DNA of 64,000 nt from Candidatus Latescibacterota bacterium (GTDB lineage Bacteria; Latescibacterota; UBA2968; SICM01): contig CBDCJO010000002.1 in assembly GCA_965217865.1 (NCBI GenBank), forward strand, positions 4,576,001-4,640,000, read 5' to 3'. The notes beneath the pieces were generated by a model. It saw nothing but the letters and a program-made list of their open reading frames with translations. It made no database searches and was not told the origin of the DNA. Position numbers and translations under genes: made by a program. Below are positions 17,783 through 30,433 of this stretch, one piece after another. Each line of letters begins with the position of its first letter. Position 1 is the stretch's first letter.

Positions 17783-20700
17783 ATGAAAGGTCCGATCGGA
17801 TTGCCCCCCAAGCAAGGGCTTTACGATCCTCGCCACGAGCGCGATGCCTGTGGTATAGGCTTTGTCGTGAATATCCACGGGGAGAAGTCCCACCAGCTCG
17901 TGTGTCAGGCCCTTTCCGCCCTGAATTGTCTGAGCCATCGGGGCGCCCGGGGGTGTGAGGCGAACACGGGTGACGGCGCAGGTATCCTGCTGCAGGTTCC
18001 CCACAAATTTCTCCGGAAGGCCTGCCAAGAGATCGGCATAAAGCTCCCCGATCCGGGATCCTTCGGGGTGGGGATGGTTTTTCTTCCTCCGGACCGGGAC
18101 GAACGCCGACGATGCGAAGAGGTCTTTGAAGGGATTGTCGATGCGGAAGGCCAAAAGCTTTTGGGCTGGCGTGACGTTCCAAAGGGGGATGCCGATCTCG
18201 GGGCGACGGCTATGTCGTGCGAGCCCTTTATTCGGCAGATTTTCATCGGCCGGAACCCGAACCTCCAGGATGAAATGGCCTTTGAGCGAAAGCTCTATGT
18301 GATTCGAAAACGCGCTGAGAAGGCCATCCGTTATGAAGGCGACCTCCCGGGAGGCGGTTTTTTCTACGTCCCCAGCCTTTCATGTCGGACGATCATCTAT
18401 AAGGGAATGCTCACATCCCAACAGGTCGGAGAGTTCTACGCGGACTTGAAAGATCCGCTTATGGAAACCGGGCTGGCTTTGATCCATTCCCGGTTCAGCA
18501 CGAATACCTTTCCCTCGTGGGAGCTTTCCCATCCCTATCGCTACATGATTCACAACGGAGAGATCAATACCCTGCGGGGCAATACAAACTGGATGTATAC
18601 ACGCCAGGCCATGCTCTCCTCAGATCTGTTCGGAAGCGACATCGAAAAGCTCTTTCCGATCATCCAGGAGGACGGGAGCGACTCGGCCAAATTCGACAAC
18701 TGTCTGGAGTTTTTGAGCCTGGGCGGCCGCTCTCTGCCGCACGCGGTGATGATGATGATCCCGGAACCCTGGGAGAATCACGAGCAAATGAGCGATGAGA
18801 AAAAGGCCTTCTATGAGTACCACAGCTGCCTTATGGAACCGTGGGACGGTCCCGCTTCGATCGCTTTTACGGACGGCATCCGGGTCGGGGCCGTGCTCGA
18901 CCGGAACGGATTGCGTCCCTCTCGCTATTACGTGACAAAGGACGATCTGGTGATCATGGCCTCCGAGGTGGGTGTTCTGGATGTGCCCCCGGAGCGGGTG
19001 CTTCACAAGGGAAGGCTCCAGCCGGGCAGGATGTTCCTCGTCGACACGGAGGAAGGCGGGATCATCAGCGATGAGGCGTTGAAGCATCGGATCGCGGAGG
19101 AGCATCCCTATCGCCTGTGGCTTGACGAGCACCTGGTGGACTTTGAAAAGATTCCCGACGTTCCTCACCAGGATTCTGAATTAGACCACGAGACGGTTCT
19201 GCAGCGACAGCAGGTCTTCGGCTATACGTTCGAAGACCTACGTGTGAACATCGGCCCCATGGCCACGGATGCGATCATGCCGCTCGGGTCGATGGGGAAC
19301 GATGCGCCGCTTGCAGCCCTTTCCGACCAATCGCACCTGCTCTACAACTACTTCAAACAACTGTTCGCGCAGGTCACGAACCCTCCGATCGATCCGATCC
19401 GAGAGGAGCTCATCACAGCGACCGAGACCACTCTAGGATCGGAGCGCAATCTCCTGAACCCAGAGCCGGAGAGCTGCCGACAGATCCGGCTCAAGACCCC
19501 GATCCTCAAGGATGAGGAACTGGAGAAGCTTCGTCGCATCGACAGGCCGGGATTCAAGGCCGGGACCCTGTCGATCACCTTTAAGGTCGCGGACGGAGAG
19601 GCAGGGCTCGAAATCGGTCTGGAAAGGCTTTTCAAGGCGGCCGACCGGGCGATCGATGAGGGGGTGAACATCCTGATCCTGTCGGATAAAGCCTTCGATC
19701 GGGAAAAGGCACCGATTCCGGCCCTCCTGGCGGTCTCGGGTCTTCATCACCATCTGATCCGGGAGGGGAAACGCACCCGGGTGGGCCTGGTGCTCGAATC
19801 CGGGGAGCCGAGGGAGGTCCACCACTTCTGCCTGCTGTTGAGCTACGGGGCTCAGGCCATCAACCCATACATGGTCTACGAGAGCCTGAGGGACATGATC
19901 CGGGAGGGCTTGTTAACCGACCTGACCTTTGAGGAGGCCGTGAAGGGTTACAACAAGGCCGGGATGAAGGGTGTGGTCAAGGTTATGTCGAAGATGGGGA
20001 TCTCCACATTCAAGTCTTATCGGGGGGCACAGATCTTCGAGGCCGTGGGGATCAAACAGGCCGTGATCGACAAGTACTTCACCTGGACCGATTCCCGGGT
20101 GGAAGGTGTCGGCCTGGATACGATCGCCGTGGAGGCGCAAAATCGGCACGAGAGAGCATTTCCGAAAATCCCTGTGAACGGCAACACCCTGGATGTCGGG
20201 GGACTGTACCAGTGGCGTCAGGACGGCGAGCATCATATGTTCAACCCCCAGACCGTGCACAAGCTCCAGCTGGCGTGCCGCACGAACAACTACGATGTCT
20301 TCAAGGAATACGCGGAGCTGATCAATGATCAGTCCGTTAAACTCGGTACGCTGCGCGGCCTCCTGGACCTGAAGTATGCCCCGGAGCCGATTCCGATCGA
20401 GGAGGTGGAACCCGTTGAATCGATCTGTCGACGATTCAAGAGCGGCGCCATGTCCTACGGTTCGATCAGCAAGGAGGCACACGAGACCCTGGCGATTGCG
20501 ATGAACCGAATCGGCGGCAAGAGCAACACCGGGGAGGGGGGTGAGGACCCCGCACGCTACACCCTGGACCCCAATGGAGATTCGCGCAACAGCGCAATCA
20601 AACAGGTCGCTTCGGGTCGTTTCGGCGTCACCACCAACTATCTGGTAAACGCCAAGGAGCTTCAGATCAAAATGGCGCAGGGGGCAAAGCCCGGCGAGGG

Positions 20701-22390
20701 CGGAGAGCTGCCCGGGCGGAAGGTCTACCCCTGGATCGCCAAGGTAAGATTCTCCACGCCGGGAGTGGGTCTGATCTCACCCCCACCGCACCACGACATC
20801 TATTCGATCGAAGATCTGGCACAGTTGATACACGATCTCAAGAACGCCAATCATCACGCCCGGATCAACGTCAAGCTGGTTTCCGAGGTCGGCGTCGGGG
20901 TGATCGCAGCGGGTGTGGCCAAAGGCCACGCGGACGTGGTTCTGATCAGCGGACTCGACGGCGGAACCGGCGCCTCCCCTCAGACGAGCATCAAACACGC
21001 GGGTTTACCGTGGGAGCTGGGTCTTGCGGAAACCCATCAGGTGCTGGTCCTGAACAACCTGCGGAGCCGGATCGTGGTGGAGACCGACGGCCAATTGAAA
21101 ACCGGCCGGGACGTTGTGGTCGCAACGCTTCTCGGTGCGGAGGAGTTCGGGTTTGCCACGGCCCCGCTGGTCGCTCTGGGTTGCATCATGATGCGTGTCT
21201 GCCACCTGGATACCTGTCCGGTCGGTGTGGCGACGCAGAATCCTGAGCTCCGAAAGAAGTTCACGGGTGATCCCCAGCACGCGGTCAATTTCATGCAGTT
21301 CATCGCCCGGAATATGCGCGAGATCATGGCCCGGCTCGGATTCCGGACGATCAACGAGATGATCGGGCGCTCGGACCGGCTGGAACCGAGGAAGGCCATA
21401 GCCCACTGGAAGGCCCGGGGTTTGGATTTCTCGAAGATCCTCTACCAACCCGACGTCGGTCCTGAGGTGGGCCGCTACTGTCAGATCCCACAGGATCACG
21501 GCCTGGACATGGCGCTTGACAACCGGGTGCTTCTAGATCTGTGCAAACCCGCTCTTGAGCGGGGCGAGCAGGTCAAGGCGGAAGTTCCTATCCGGAATAC
21601 CGATCGTGTGGTCGGCACGATCCTGGGCAGTGAAATCACCCGCCGATTCGGTCCGGACGGCTTGCCGGAGGACACCATCCATCTGAATTTAAAGGGGTCA
21701 GCGGGCCAGAGTTTCGGGGCCTTCATACCCCTCGGTTTAACCCTCGAACTGGAGGGAGACGCGAATGACTACTTCGGCAAAGGGCTTTCGGGCGGGAAGC
21801 TCATCCTATATCCACCCGAGGGATCGACGTTCAAACCCGAAGAGAACATCATCGTTGGGAACGTGGCTTTTTACGGGGCCACGTCTGGGGAGGCCTACAT
21901 CTGCGGGATGGCCGGAGAGCGGTTCTGTGTCCGGAACAGCGGGGTGCGGGCGGTGATCGAATCGGTGGGGGACCATGGATGCGAGTATATGACCGGCGGC
22001 CGGGTCGTGGTCCTCGGCGCGACGGGAAGAAATTTCGGCGCCGGGATGTCGGGTGGAATCGCGTATGTTCTGGACGAGTCAGGGGAATTCACCGTCCACT
22101 GCAACCGGGAAACGGTCGAGATCGAGCGCCTGGAAGAGGAGGATGAGATCGAAGAGGTCAGGGGGATGATCCATTGCCACGTAGAGTACACCAGGAGCGA
22201 ACTGGGACGACGCGTTCTTGCCAAATGGGGGGAGACGACCTCGAACTTCGTGAAGGTCATGCCGAAAGACTACAAACGGATGCTGGAGGCCCTCAAGCGG
22301 GCGGAGGAGGCTGGATTGAGCGGGGATGAAGCGGTGATGGTGGCCTTCGAGGAAAACAAGAGCGATCTCGCACGGGTCAGTGGGAACTAG
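17783..22390 (+). CDS. gltB: Glutamate synthase large subunit
   Basis: ERDACGIG amidotransferase N-terminus, [20 protein letters not shown], 3Fe-4[19 protein letters not shown]-terminal domain. Confidence 0.98.
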   Translation: MKGPIGLPPKQGLYDPRHERDACGIGFVVNIHGEKSHQLVCQALSALNCLSHRGARGCEANTGDGAGILLQVPHKFLRKACQEIGIKLPDPGSFGVGMVFLPPDRDERRRCEEVFEGIVDAEGQKLLGWRDVPKGDADLGATAMSCEPFIRQIFIGRNPNLQDEMAFERKLYVIRKRAEKAIRYEGDLPGGGFFYVPSLSCRTIIYKGMLTSQQVGEFYADLKDPLMETGLALIHSRFSTNTFPSWELSHPYRYMIHNGEINTLRGNTNWMYTRQAMLSSDLFGSDIEKLFPIIQEDGSDSAKFDNCLEFLSLGGRSLPHAVMMMIPEPWENHEQMSDEKKAFYEYHSCLMEPWDGPASIAFTDGIRVGAVLDRNGLRPSRYYVTKDDLVIMASEVGVLDVPPERVLHKGRLQPGRMFLVDTEEGGIISDEALKHRIAEEHPYRLWLDEHLVDFEKIPDVPHQDSELDHETVLQRQQVFGYTFEDLRVNIGPMATDAIMPLGSMGNDAPLAALSDQSHLLYNYFKQLFAQVTNPPIDPIREELITATETTLGSERNLLNPEPESCRQIRLKTPILKDEELEKLRRIDRPGFKAGTLSITFKVADGEAGLEIGLERLFKAADRAIDEGVNILILSDKAFDREKAPIPALLAVSGLHHHLIREGKRTRVGLVLESGEPREVHHFCLLLSYGAQAINPYMVYESLRDMIREGLLTDLTFEEAVKGYNKAGMKGVVKVMSKMGISTFKSYRGAQIFEAVGIKQAVIDKYFTWTDSRVEGVGLDTIAVEAQNRHERAFPKIPVNGNTLDVGGLYQWRQDGEHHMFNPQTVHKLQLACRTNNYDVFKEYAELINDQSVKLGTLRGLLDLKYAPEPIPIEEVEPVESICRRFKSGAMSYGSISKEAHETLAIAMNRIGGKSNTGEGGEDPARYTLDPNGDSRNSAIKQVASGRFGVTTNYLVNAKELQIKMAQGAKPGEGGELPGRKVYPWIAKVRFSTPGVGLISPPPHHDIYSIEDLAQLIHDLKNANHHARINVKLVSEVGVGVIAAGVAKGHADVVLISGLDGGTGASPQTSIKHAGLPWELGLAETHQVLVLNNLRSRIVVETDGQLKTGRDVVVATLLGAEEFGFATAPLVALGCIMMRVCHLDTCPVGVATQNPELRKKFTGDPQHAVNFMQFIARNMREIMARLGFRTINEMIGRSDRLEPRKAIAHWKARGLDFSKILYQPDVGPEVGRYCQIPQDHGLDMALDNRVLLDLCKPALERGEQVKAEVPIRNTDRVVGTILGSEITRRFGPDGLPEDTIHLNLKGSAGQSFGAFIPLGLTLELEGDANDYFGKGLSGGKLILYPPEGSTFKPEENIIVGNVAFYGATSGEAYICGMAGERFCVRNSGVRAVIESVGDHGCEYMTGGRVVVLGATGRNFGAGMSGGIAYVLDESGEFTVHCNRETVEIERLEEEDEIEEVRGMIHCHVEYTRSELGRRVLAKWGETTSNFVKVMPKDYKRMLEALKRAEEAGLSGDEAVMVAFEENKSDLARVSGN

Positions 22391-22443
22391 GGAAGGAAAT
22401 GAAAATGAAAAATACGAAGTGCAAAGTGTAAAATAGGATTCAG

Positions 22444-23928
22444 ATGGGCAAGCCGACTGGATTTATCGAGTACAGACGCGAACTTCCCGCCGATCGTCCC
22501 CCCGAAAAGCGGATACACGATTGGAAGGAGTTTCACCTCCACCTTCCGGAGGAGAAACTGAGGCAGCAGGGTGCGCGCTGTATGGACTGCGGGATTCCCT
22601 TCTGCCATACGGGGACGTTGATCAACAACATGGCATCGGGATGCCCGGTCAACAACCTGATCCCGGAATGGAACGACTTGGTCTACAAGGGGCTATGGAG
22701 AGAAGCCCTGGAACGCCTGCTCAAGACCAACAACTTCCCGGAGTTCACCGGACGGGTTTGCCCCGCGCCCTGCGAAGGCTCGTGCGTCCTTGGCATCGAT
22801 CAACCTCCGGTGACGATCAAGAATATCGAGTGCTCGATCATCGACAAGGGTTTCGAGGAAGGCTGGGTGGCACCGGAGCCGCCGGAGAAACGGACGGGAA
22901 AAAAGGTGGCCATTGTGGGGTCCGGCCCGTCCGGCCTGGCGTGCGCCGCACAGCTCAACCGGGCCGGCCATCTGGTGACGGTCTACGAGCGGGCGGACCG
23001 GATCGGCGGGCTTCTGATGTACGGAATTCCGAACATGAAGCTGGACAAGTCGATCGTTCAACGCCGGGTCGACCTGATGGCTGAAGAAGGCGTCACGTTC
23101 GTGACGAATACGGAGATCGGTAAGGATATTCCGGGGAATCAGATCGTGGACGAATTCGACGCGGTTGTCCTTTGCGGCGGGGCGACCAAGCCCAACGACC
23201 TTCCCATCGAGGGACGGGAGCTCAAAGGCATCCTCTTCGCCATGAAATTCCTCCACGCCAATACTAAGAGTCTTCTGGATTCCGGACACAAGGATGGAAA
23301 CTACCTCTCCGCTGCCGACAAACACGTGATTGTGATCGGAGGAGGCGACACTGGGACGGACTGCGTCGGGACATCGATGCGACACCAGTGCAGGTCCCTG
23401 ACCCAGTTCGAAATCCTGGCCAGGCCCCCGGACGAACGGGCCTCGGACAACCCGTGGCCGGAATGGCCCAAGGTCTACCTGCTCGATTACGGCCAGGCGG
23501 AGGCCAAGGCGCGGTTCGGAGATGATCCGCGGCGTTACCTGATTATGACCCAGAAATTCGTAGGGGACGCCAACGGACACGTCAAGGAACTGCACACGGT
23601 CAACGCAGAGTGGACGAAGGGGGACAACGGACGGGCTTTCCCGAAGGCGGTTCCGGGGACGGAAAAGGTCTGGCCGGCCGACCTGGTGCTGTTGTCTATG
23701 GGTTTTCGCGGACCCGAGGACACGGTCCTTCAACAGCTCAACGTGGACCGGGACGAACGTTCCAACGCCAAGGCCGAGTACGGCCGGTTCGCCACGAATG
23801 TTGAGGGGGTTTTCGCGGCAGGCGATATGCGTCGTGGGCAGAGCCTGATCGTCTGGGCGATTCACGAAGGGCGGGCTGCGGCCAGGGAATGCGATCGGTA
23901 CCTGATGGGCTCGACCAGCCTGCCTTAA
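22444..23928 (+). CDS. gltD: Glutamate synthase small subunit
   Basis: [48 protein letters not shown]. Confidence 0.97.
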   Translation: MGKPTGFIEYRRELPADRPPEKRIHDWKEFHLHLPEEKLRQQGARCMDCGIPFCHTGTLINNMASGCPVNNLIPEWNDLVYKGLWREALERLLKTNNFPEFTGRVCPAPCEGSCVLGIDQPPVTIKNIECSIIDKGFEEGWVAPEPPEKRTGKKVAIVGSGPSGLACAAQLNRAGHLVTVYERADRIGGLLMYGIPNMKLDKSIVQRRVDLMAEEGVTFVTNTEIGKDIPGNQIVDEFDAVVLCGGATKPNDLPIEGRELKGILFAMKFLHANTKSLLDSGHKDGNYLSAADKHVIVIGGGDTGTDCVGTSMRHQCRSLTQFEILARPPDERASDNPWPEWPKVYLLDYGQAEAKARFGDDPRRYLIMTQKFVGDANGHVKELHTVNAEWTKGDNGRAFPKAVPGTEKVWPADLVLLSMGFRGPEDTVLQQLNVDRDERSNAKAEYGRFATNVEGVFAAGDMRRGQSLIVWAIHEGRAAARECDRYLMGSTSLP

Positions 23929-24054
23929 ACAGGTCCGGTGTCGCATTAAAAAGCATATCGGAGAAGTGGGGACCTTTTATTTTTAGTGAAATCCCTTCTT
24001 CTCCTTTTATTTTAGGGGGGAGGGAACGGGAGGGAATCTCAAAAAGAAAATGAA

Positions 24055-24085
<31 letters not shown>

Positions 24086-24106
24086 GGTGGGAAAGTCCGG
24101 TTGGGT

Positions 24107-24853
24107 TCACACCGAAAGATATCCTCCATCGACGGCAAGGGTATGACCCGTTACCATGCTGGAGGCCTCCGATGCCAGGAATATGGCCGCGCCGACCACC
24201 TCCTCCGGCTTACCGAGACGCCCCATCGGGGTCCGGCTCGTAAAATAATCGATCGAATCGGGACGGACCCTTCTTGTCAGAGGAGTGTCGAAAAGAGAAG
24301 GCGCGATCGCGTTCACCTGAACGTTTTTGGTGGCCAGCTCCAGTGCGAAGGATCGGGTCAGCTGCGCCACGCCTCCCTTGGCGGCGAGATAAGCCACGCT
24401 TTCCGGGTAGGCGACGAAAGCGCCGATCGAAGCCAGGTTGATGATTTTTCCCCGTCCACGTTCGGCCATGTGCCGTCCCACGATCTGCATGGTCAGGAAC
24501 GTCCCCTTGAGGTTGACCTCGATGACCCTGTCCCAGTCGGACTCCTCGTAATCCAGGACAGTCCCCCTGATTCCGATTCCCGCGGAGTTTACGAGAATAT
24601 CGATCGATTCCCGTTCACGAAGCACTTCGGCCACCGATTTCTCGATCTCCGATCGGTTGGATACATCCATTCGCAAGGCCAGGGCTCGGCCGCCATCCTT
24701 CAGGATAACCTCGACGGTTTCCCGGGCGGCTTCCAGGGAGATGTCCGTTACGGTGACGCCTGCACCAGCGGCCGCGAAGCCGGAGGCAATTTCAGCCCCG
24801 AGGCCGCTTCCGCCTCCCGTAACCAGGGCCGTTCGACCGTTCAGGTCGAACAT
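24107..24853 (-). CDS. SDR family oxidoreductase (gluconate 5-dehydrogenase/KduD-like)
   Basis: [22 protein letters not shown]; alternative start 24871. Confidence 0.9.
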   Translation of the reverse strand: MFDLNGRTALVTGGGSGLGAEIASGFAAAGAGVTVTDISLEAARETVEVILKDGGRALALRMDVSNRSEIEKSVAEVLRERESIDILVNSAGIGIRGTVLDYEESDWDRVIEVNLKGTFLTMQIVGRHMAERGRGKIINLASIGAFVAYPESVAYLAAKGGVAQLTRSFALELATKNVQVNAIAPSLFDTPLTRRVRPDSIDYFTSRTPMGRLGKPEEVVGAAIFLASEASSMVTGHTLAVDGGYLSV

Positions 24854-25013
24854 TTTCGATCCTTTATCCATTTGCAGGAACTTAACCTTAGCGAGGGGTG
24901 TAAGATTGAAGAGACTCGCGAAATAAATAAAACCCGGACAACGATGTCAAGATGACTTTGCCGAGTCTGAAATCGATATACGGACATAGATTGCACTTCG
25001 TGAGAGGAAAACC

Positions 25014-25814
25014 ATGCAGAACCTAAAGCTAGTCTCCGGGGGTGAGATGCCGATCCTCGGGTTGGGGACATGGGATCTTCGGGGGGAGGGCGCAAAGCAG
25101 GCGATCAAGGAGGCCCTCGCCATGGGCTACACACATATCGATACCGCGTGGATGTACAAAAATCAGCGAGAAATCGGGGAGGCCTTGCGGGAAGCGAAGG
25201 TGGACCGATCAGGCCTGTTTATCACGTCCAAGGTATGGCATACGCACCTTCACTTCGAGGGTGTTTTGGAACAACTGGAGGAGACCATCCGGGACCTCCG
25301 GACGCCGTATGTGGACCTCTTTCTGGTCCACTGGCCCAACCGGGCGGTGCCGATGGAGGAGACCTTCGGTGCACTTCAAAGGATCTTCGAGGAAGGAAAA
25401 GCCCGGAGTATCGGGGTGAGCAATTTCGAGGTCGATCACCTCGAGGAGGCGCGGTCGGTTTCTAAGATCCCGATCAGCGTGAATCAGATCAAGTATCATC
25501 CGGGGGCAGAACAGCGGGACGTGCTGCAGTGGTGTCAGGACCACGATGTGGGGGTCACAGCGTATTCCCCGCTGGGCAAGAAGGGCATCCTCAAAGATTC
25601 GACACTCCTGGAAATCGGGAGGGGACGTGGAAAGACGATTGCGCAGGTCGCCTTGAGGTGGCTGGTTCAGAAGGGGATGGTCGTGATTCCCAAGGCGAGT
25701 TCAAGGGCGCATCTGCAGGAGAATATGGACCTGTTCGACTGGGCGCTGTCCGGTGCGGAGATGGAACGGATAGACGGCATTCGCCGCGGGTGGGTTCGCA
25801 GGCTTTTACGCTGA
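25014..25814 (+). CDS. Aldo/keto reductase
   Basis: LGLGTW, DTAWMY, TSKVW, DLFLVHWP, IGVSNF, AYSPLG, IPKAS. Confidence 0.93.
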   Translation: MQNLKLVSGGEMPILGLGTWDLRGEGAKQAIKEALAMGYTHIDTAWMYKNQREIGEALREAKVDRSGLFITSKVWHTHLHFEGVLEQLEETIRDLRTPYVDLFLVHWPNRAVPMEETFGALQRIFEEGKARSIGVSNFEVDHLEEARSVSKIPISVNQIKYHPGAEQRDVLQWCQDHDVGVTAYSPLGKKGILKDSTLLEIGRGRGKTIAQVALRWLVQKGMVVIPKASSRAHLQENMDLFDWALSGAEMERIDGIRRGWVRRLLR

Positions 25815-25977
25815 TTCGTCGAGATTAGGAAAAGGCAGTAGCAGGAAAGGCAAAGGCAGGGGAGAAATTGAAGATTGAAAATTGAAGAATATTGAAGCGA
25901 GATCAATAAGACCACAAGAAAGTCCTGAGTTGTTCAAATATTCAATTTTCCGATGTTCAATATTCAATAGAGTGAGC

Positions 25978-26970
25978 ATGAGGGTATTCATTACCGGAGG
26001 AACCGGGTTCATCGGAACGCACCTTATCGAACGATTCGCCCGATCCGGACACGACATCACGTGCCTGGTCAGGGAGTCGAGCGATACGGGGAAGATCAAA
26101 GGGATCGGGGCCGAAATGGTCACCGGGGATATCCGGAACATGGAATCCCTGCTCGACGGGATGAAGGGGGCCGACTGGGTGGTCAACCTGGCCAATGTCT
26201 ACTCCTTCTGGGAGCCCCGAAGTCAGGTTTATTCGGAAGTCAATGTCGAAGGCACCCGAAATCTGATGGCGTGTTCTTTGGCCGTCGGGGTCTCCAAGGT
26301 GTTACACGTAAGCTCAATGGCGGTCTTCGGCAAACCCAGGGATTGTCCGTTCACCGAAAAGAGTCCGGTGGGTCCGGTTCGGTTTAGCGAATACGCAAGG
26401 ACCAAATACGAGGGAGAACGGGTAGCCTGGACATTCCATCAAGAAAAGGGACTTCCGCTGGTCGTCTTATATCCCGGGGGCATCCTCGGTCCGGGAGACC
26501 CAAAGGCCAGCGGCCAGTACATCCAGAACCTGATTCATCGCCGGATGCCGTGCACCGTGTGTAACGATTCAATCATCACGTGGGTGGGCGTGAAGGATGT
26601 GGCCGAAGCCATCGTGAGGGCATTGGAGAAGGAGGACAATGTCGGTGAGAAATATCTGGTAGGGAAACAACGACTCTCGATCAAAGAGATGAACGAGATG
26701 GTGAGCGAAATCTCAGGGGTCGACTTGCCCAAGGCGCATCTTCCGGATCGTCTGGTCACACCGATTTCACGGTTCCTGACCTGGTGGGCGGATCTGATAG
26801 GAAGACCGCCCGGGTGGGGAATGGCGGCTGATCAGATTCGGACGATGAGAATGGGATTCAGTGGGGATGGGAGCAAGGCGGAAAGGGAACTGGGAATCAC
26901 CTACACCCCCATTCGGAAGGCCATGGCGGATGCGATCGCTTCGTATAAAAAAAAAGAATATGGAATATAG
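25978..26970 (+). CDS. NAD-dependent epimerase/dehydratase (HpnA/DFR-like extended SDR)
   Basis: MRVFITGGTGFIG, VNVEGT, YARTK. Confidence 0.9.
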   Translation: MRVFITGGTGFIGTHLIERFARSGHDITCLVRESSDTGKIKGIGAEMVTGDIRNMESLLDGMKGADWVVNLANVYSFWEPRSQVYSEVNVEGTRNLMACSLAVGVSKVLHVSSMAVFGKPRDCPFTEKSPVGPVRFSEYARTKYEGERVAWTFHQEKGLPLVVLYPGGILGPGDPKASGQYIQNLIHRRMPCTVCNDSIITWVGVKDVAEAIVRALEKEDNVGEKYLVGKQRLSIKEMNEMVSEISGVDLPKAHLPDRLVTPISRFLTWWADLIGRPPGWGMAADQIRTMRMGFSGDGSKAERELGITYTPIRKAMADAIASYKKKEYGI

Positions 26971-27347
26971 AATACAGAAGGCAGAATACAGAAGGAAAGA
27001 CAGAGATCGAAGTTCAGAGAAATGGAGAATAGAGGAAGTCAAAAAGAATGTAGAATATAGAATACAGAATGAAAAGACAGAGATCGTAGGTCAGGGAAAG
27101 GAGTAAACAGGAGTCAGGGGCGAGAATCCGGAGTAGGGCAAAGGAGGGATCTGTGGATCAGCATTCAGGAAATTGCACGGTTTTGATTTCTCCTGACTCC
27201 TGTATTCTGTATTCCGGTGGGGTGGGCCTATAGGCGGGAGAAGGGGATACGGGGGATGAGGGCGTTGAACGAAAATCCGAACTATCGAAAGAACATCCTT
27301 GACGATTAACAGAAAACCCGACCGACGTGGAAAGGGGTTAAAATCGT

Positions 27348-28352
27348 ATGTCATGCAATGAGAAAATCGCAGTAGAAGTATTTCGGGTTGAAGAAATTCC
27401 GTTGGGAACCAAGGGGCGTTTCCATCTGGTCATCGACAATATGCCGGATGGAGGGGATCTCCTCTTTCCCGCTTTGATCGTCCGAGGAAGACGTCCCGGA
27501 AAAACCCTCCTGGTCACGGGTGGAACCCATGGAGACGAATATGAAGGGGTGGTGGCCATCCAGGATGTCTTCGAGAGTCTAGACCCTTCGGTATTGGAAG
27601 GAACCTTTTTCGGGATCCCTGTCCTGAACGCACCTGCTTTTATAGCTGCCCAACGCGAAGGCGTGTGGGACCATCTCAACCTTGCCCGGGTCTTCCCCGG
27701 AAGCTCCACGGGCAGTCCCACACAGCGCATTGCGCACGCATTTCAGGAGTTTGTAGTGGATCAGGCCGACCTCTACCTGGACATTCACAGCGCGGGGTCC
27801 CAAAACGTTATCCAGGATCTTGCCGGGTATCAGATCCGGGAAGGCGAACTGGGGGAGATTCAGAGAAAAGCTGCCTTTGCTTTCGGGTTCGATCTCGTGT
27901 GGGGTACCGCCCCCTCGTCCGGCCGAACCCTGAACGCGGCCGCGGATAAGGGGGTCCCGTCGATCTATGTGGAAATGAGGGGAAGCGGACAATGCAGGCC
28001 CGAGGATCTGGAGAAAGCCAGGAGCGGCATCAAAAATGTTTTGAGCTTTCTGGGGATCGTCGAAGGACCTTTTCCCAGGGATCCTCCCCGCCTGTTCGTG
28101 GAAGACCCATCTCCCGGATCCGGCCATCTCCAGACGGGACATCCCAGTCCCACATCAGGAATCTTCGTATCTTCGGTTGGCCTCTGGGATCCTGTGTCGA
28201 AGGGGCAAAAACTGGGGGAGATCCGTGGTCCTGACGGGACTCCACTTGCCCGGGTGGAGAGCTTGCTTGAAGGCCGGGTGCTCTGTTTGAGAGTCCGACC
28301 GCGGGTGTTTTCAGGCGACTTTCTGGCCTTCGTGCTGGAAGGGGTGGACTGA
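27348..28352 (+). CDS. Succinylglutamate desuccinylase/aspartoacylase family (M14) protein
   Basis: GTHGDE, NLARVFPG, DIHS, catalytic VE, C-terminal biotinyl-like hairpin. Confidence 0.88.
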   Translation: MSCNEKIAVEVFRVEEIPLGTKGRFHLVIDNMPDGGDLLFPALIVRGRRPGKTLLVTGGTHGDEYEGVVAIQDVFESLDPSVLEGTFFGIPVLNAPAFIAAQREGVWDHLNLARVFPGSSTGSPTQRIAHAFQEFVVDQADLYLDIHSAGSQNVIQDLAGYQIREGELGEIQRKAAFAFGFDLVWGTAPSSGRTLNAAADKGVPSIYVEMRGSGQCRPEDLEKARSGIKNVLSFLGIVEGPFPRDPPRLFVEDPSPGSGHLQTGHPSPTSGIFVSSVGLWDPVSKGQKLGEIRGPDGTPLARVESLLEGRVLCLRVRPRVFSGDFLAFVLEGVD

Positions 28353-28394
28353 GTATAGCAAGCGAATGAATGAACGAAGGAAAGCAAAGACACA

Positions 28395-30336
28395 TTGGGT
28401 GAGCCTTCGCTAAACGACAGTTCAGGGGTGACGATAAAGGCGGTTTTTACGGGAACGATCCTGAGCGTCCTACTCGCTTTTCTCGCCGTCCTTCAACAGG
28501 CGCTCGGGGTCGGAGGAGGGGAGGAGATCGGATTCGCCGATGGATTCGGGACGGGGGCCCTGTTCTTTCTGTTTGCGCTGATATGTTTAAACACATGAAT
28601 GCTACGGCTAGGGATCATCAAAAGTGGATTAAGCCCTCAGGAGCTTCTCGTCGTTTTCTCCATGCTGCTGATGGTTACGGCGGTGGCCACGGGGGGGCTC
28701 GTGATCTACCTGCTGCCCCATATTTCAGGTTTCAGCCACTTTGCCTCTCCAGAGAACAAGTGGCAGGAGATCGTGCTTCCGCATCTACCCGACGGCCTAA
28801 CCATAGAAGGGGGGGGCGCCACAAAGGGATTTTTCGAAGGGCTTGGCCCAGGAATCTCCATGCCGTTTCAGGCCTGGTTGGGTCCTCTGTGCGCCTGGGG
28901 CGTATTGCTGGGGGCTTTTTATTTTTCCATGATCTCGATCCTGGTCATCCTGCGAAAGCGATGGTTCGAACAGGAGCGGCTTCCTTTCCCCGTCGCCCAG
29001 GTGCCCCTTGCCCTTGTACACGATGAAGCGGGACGACCGCTGAACAACGGGCTTTTCTGGATGGGATTTGCCTTTCCAGGTCTGACAGAACTGACGGTGA
29101 TTCTTCACAGGCTATTTCCAGTCCTCTCTCCCATCCACCTTTACTATTACACCCGCATTTACCGCAACTCGATCGGTTTTTTCATCCGGGCACATTATTC
29201 CCTGATCGGGGTCGGTTACCTGGTATCTCTCGAGGTCCTGAGCAGCATCCTCCTTTTCACCTTCCTCGCACATTTCCAGATCTTTCTGATCGTATTCTCG
29301 GGGTCAACGATTCCTTACAGCGCCCCTTACCGACCTTACGTGAGTTACACCCAGCTGCACCAGGAAGGGCTAGGGGCTCTGCTCATCCTGGTACTCTTCG
29401 GGATTTATGAAGCCCGCGGTCATTTGCGGGATGTGCTCGGGAAGGCATTGGGCTGGTCCCCCGAGGTGGATGACGACGATGAGCAGGTTTCCTATCGCAC
29501 GGCGGTGATCGGTTTCACGGCCGGGGTGGTTCTTATCTGCTTCTGGCTCCGAATGACCGGGATCTCCTGGTGGGTGGTTCCGATCTTTGTGGCGCTGATG
29601 CTGACGACCTTTCTGGGGGTTACCCGAATCCTGGCTGAGATGGGTTTTATGACTCAGGCCCCCTTGAGTCCGATGCAGGTTTTCATTCATTAAGTCGGAA
29701 CACGTGTCCTGGGTGCTTCGACAACGGTGGGATTTTTCCTCGCGCAGCCCTGGGCTTTCCAGGACGGGGCAACTTGGGCGAACATTAACGGGCCGAGTGT
29801 CATCACAAGTGTATCCACCGCCATGAGAACGACGCACCGATCAAGGGTCAGATCCAGGTCTCATCTCTATGTATTGTTCCTGGCCCTCCTGTTGGGCTCT
29901 GCAGTTGCATCTGTCTCGTTGCTCTATTTTGCGTATTCACGGGGGATCTACGGCTTTGGCGGAAGTTTTTATGTGACCAAGGCGCTCAATTATCATCTGA
30001 ATTATTAGGGGGGGGATCATTTCGGACCCAACGGAAGGTCATCCCGAAAGACTTCTGTGGACGGGAGCCGGTGCCGTGGTCATGGGAATGCTTATTCTGG
30101 CGCGCAAGAAGTTCTTCTGGTGGCCGATTCCACCGGTCGGATATACAGTGGGCACACTTCTCCCTTCCTGGTGGTTCAATGTTCTTGTTGCCTGGTTGAT
30201 CAAACGGAATGTTTTAAAATTCGGGGGTCCGTCACTCTATGGTCAGACCCGTCCTTTTTTCATCGGGCTCGTCATCGGACAGGCCGTGATGGTGAGTCTC
30301 GGCGCACTCATCGGTATGTGGACAGGAAAATTCTAA
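28395..30336 (+). pseudogene. DUF6785/DUF6784-type polytopic membrane protein (putative peptide transporter), disrupted
   Basis: LRKRWFEQERLPFP, TRILAE and WWPIPPVG motifs; in-frame TGA 28596, TAA 29691, TAG 30006 and a frameshift in the G-run near 30010. Confidence 0.8.
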
Positions 30337-30433
30337 TAAGTTCCGAATTAAATCAAAACCGGGGTGAGGTGGGGTTGGCGGCTGGGTCAGAAACCTGGAC
30401 CCGGATCGGAAGATGGGGAAGAGGGGGGTGTGA

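Noticed and set aside
22693-23946. Long antisense ORFs (417 aa here; 385 aa at 39982-41139; 301 aa at 24050-24955)
   Set aside because: Shadow frames of GC-rich genes (gltD, PBP1A, SDR) with no independent motifs.
28395-30336. In-frame stops as possible stop-codon recoding (Sec/Pyl or an alternative genetic code)
   Set aside because: Three different stop codons plus a frameshift occur, and other genes end normally at TAA, TAG and TGA; pseudogenisation is simpler.
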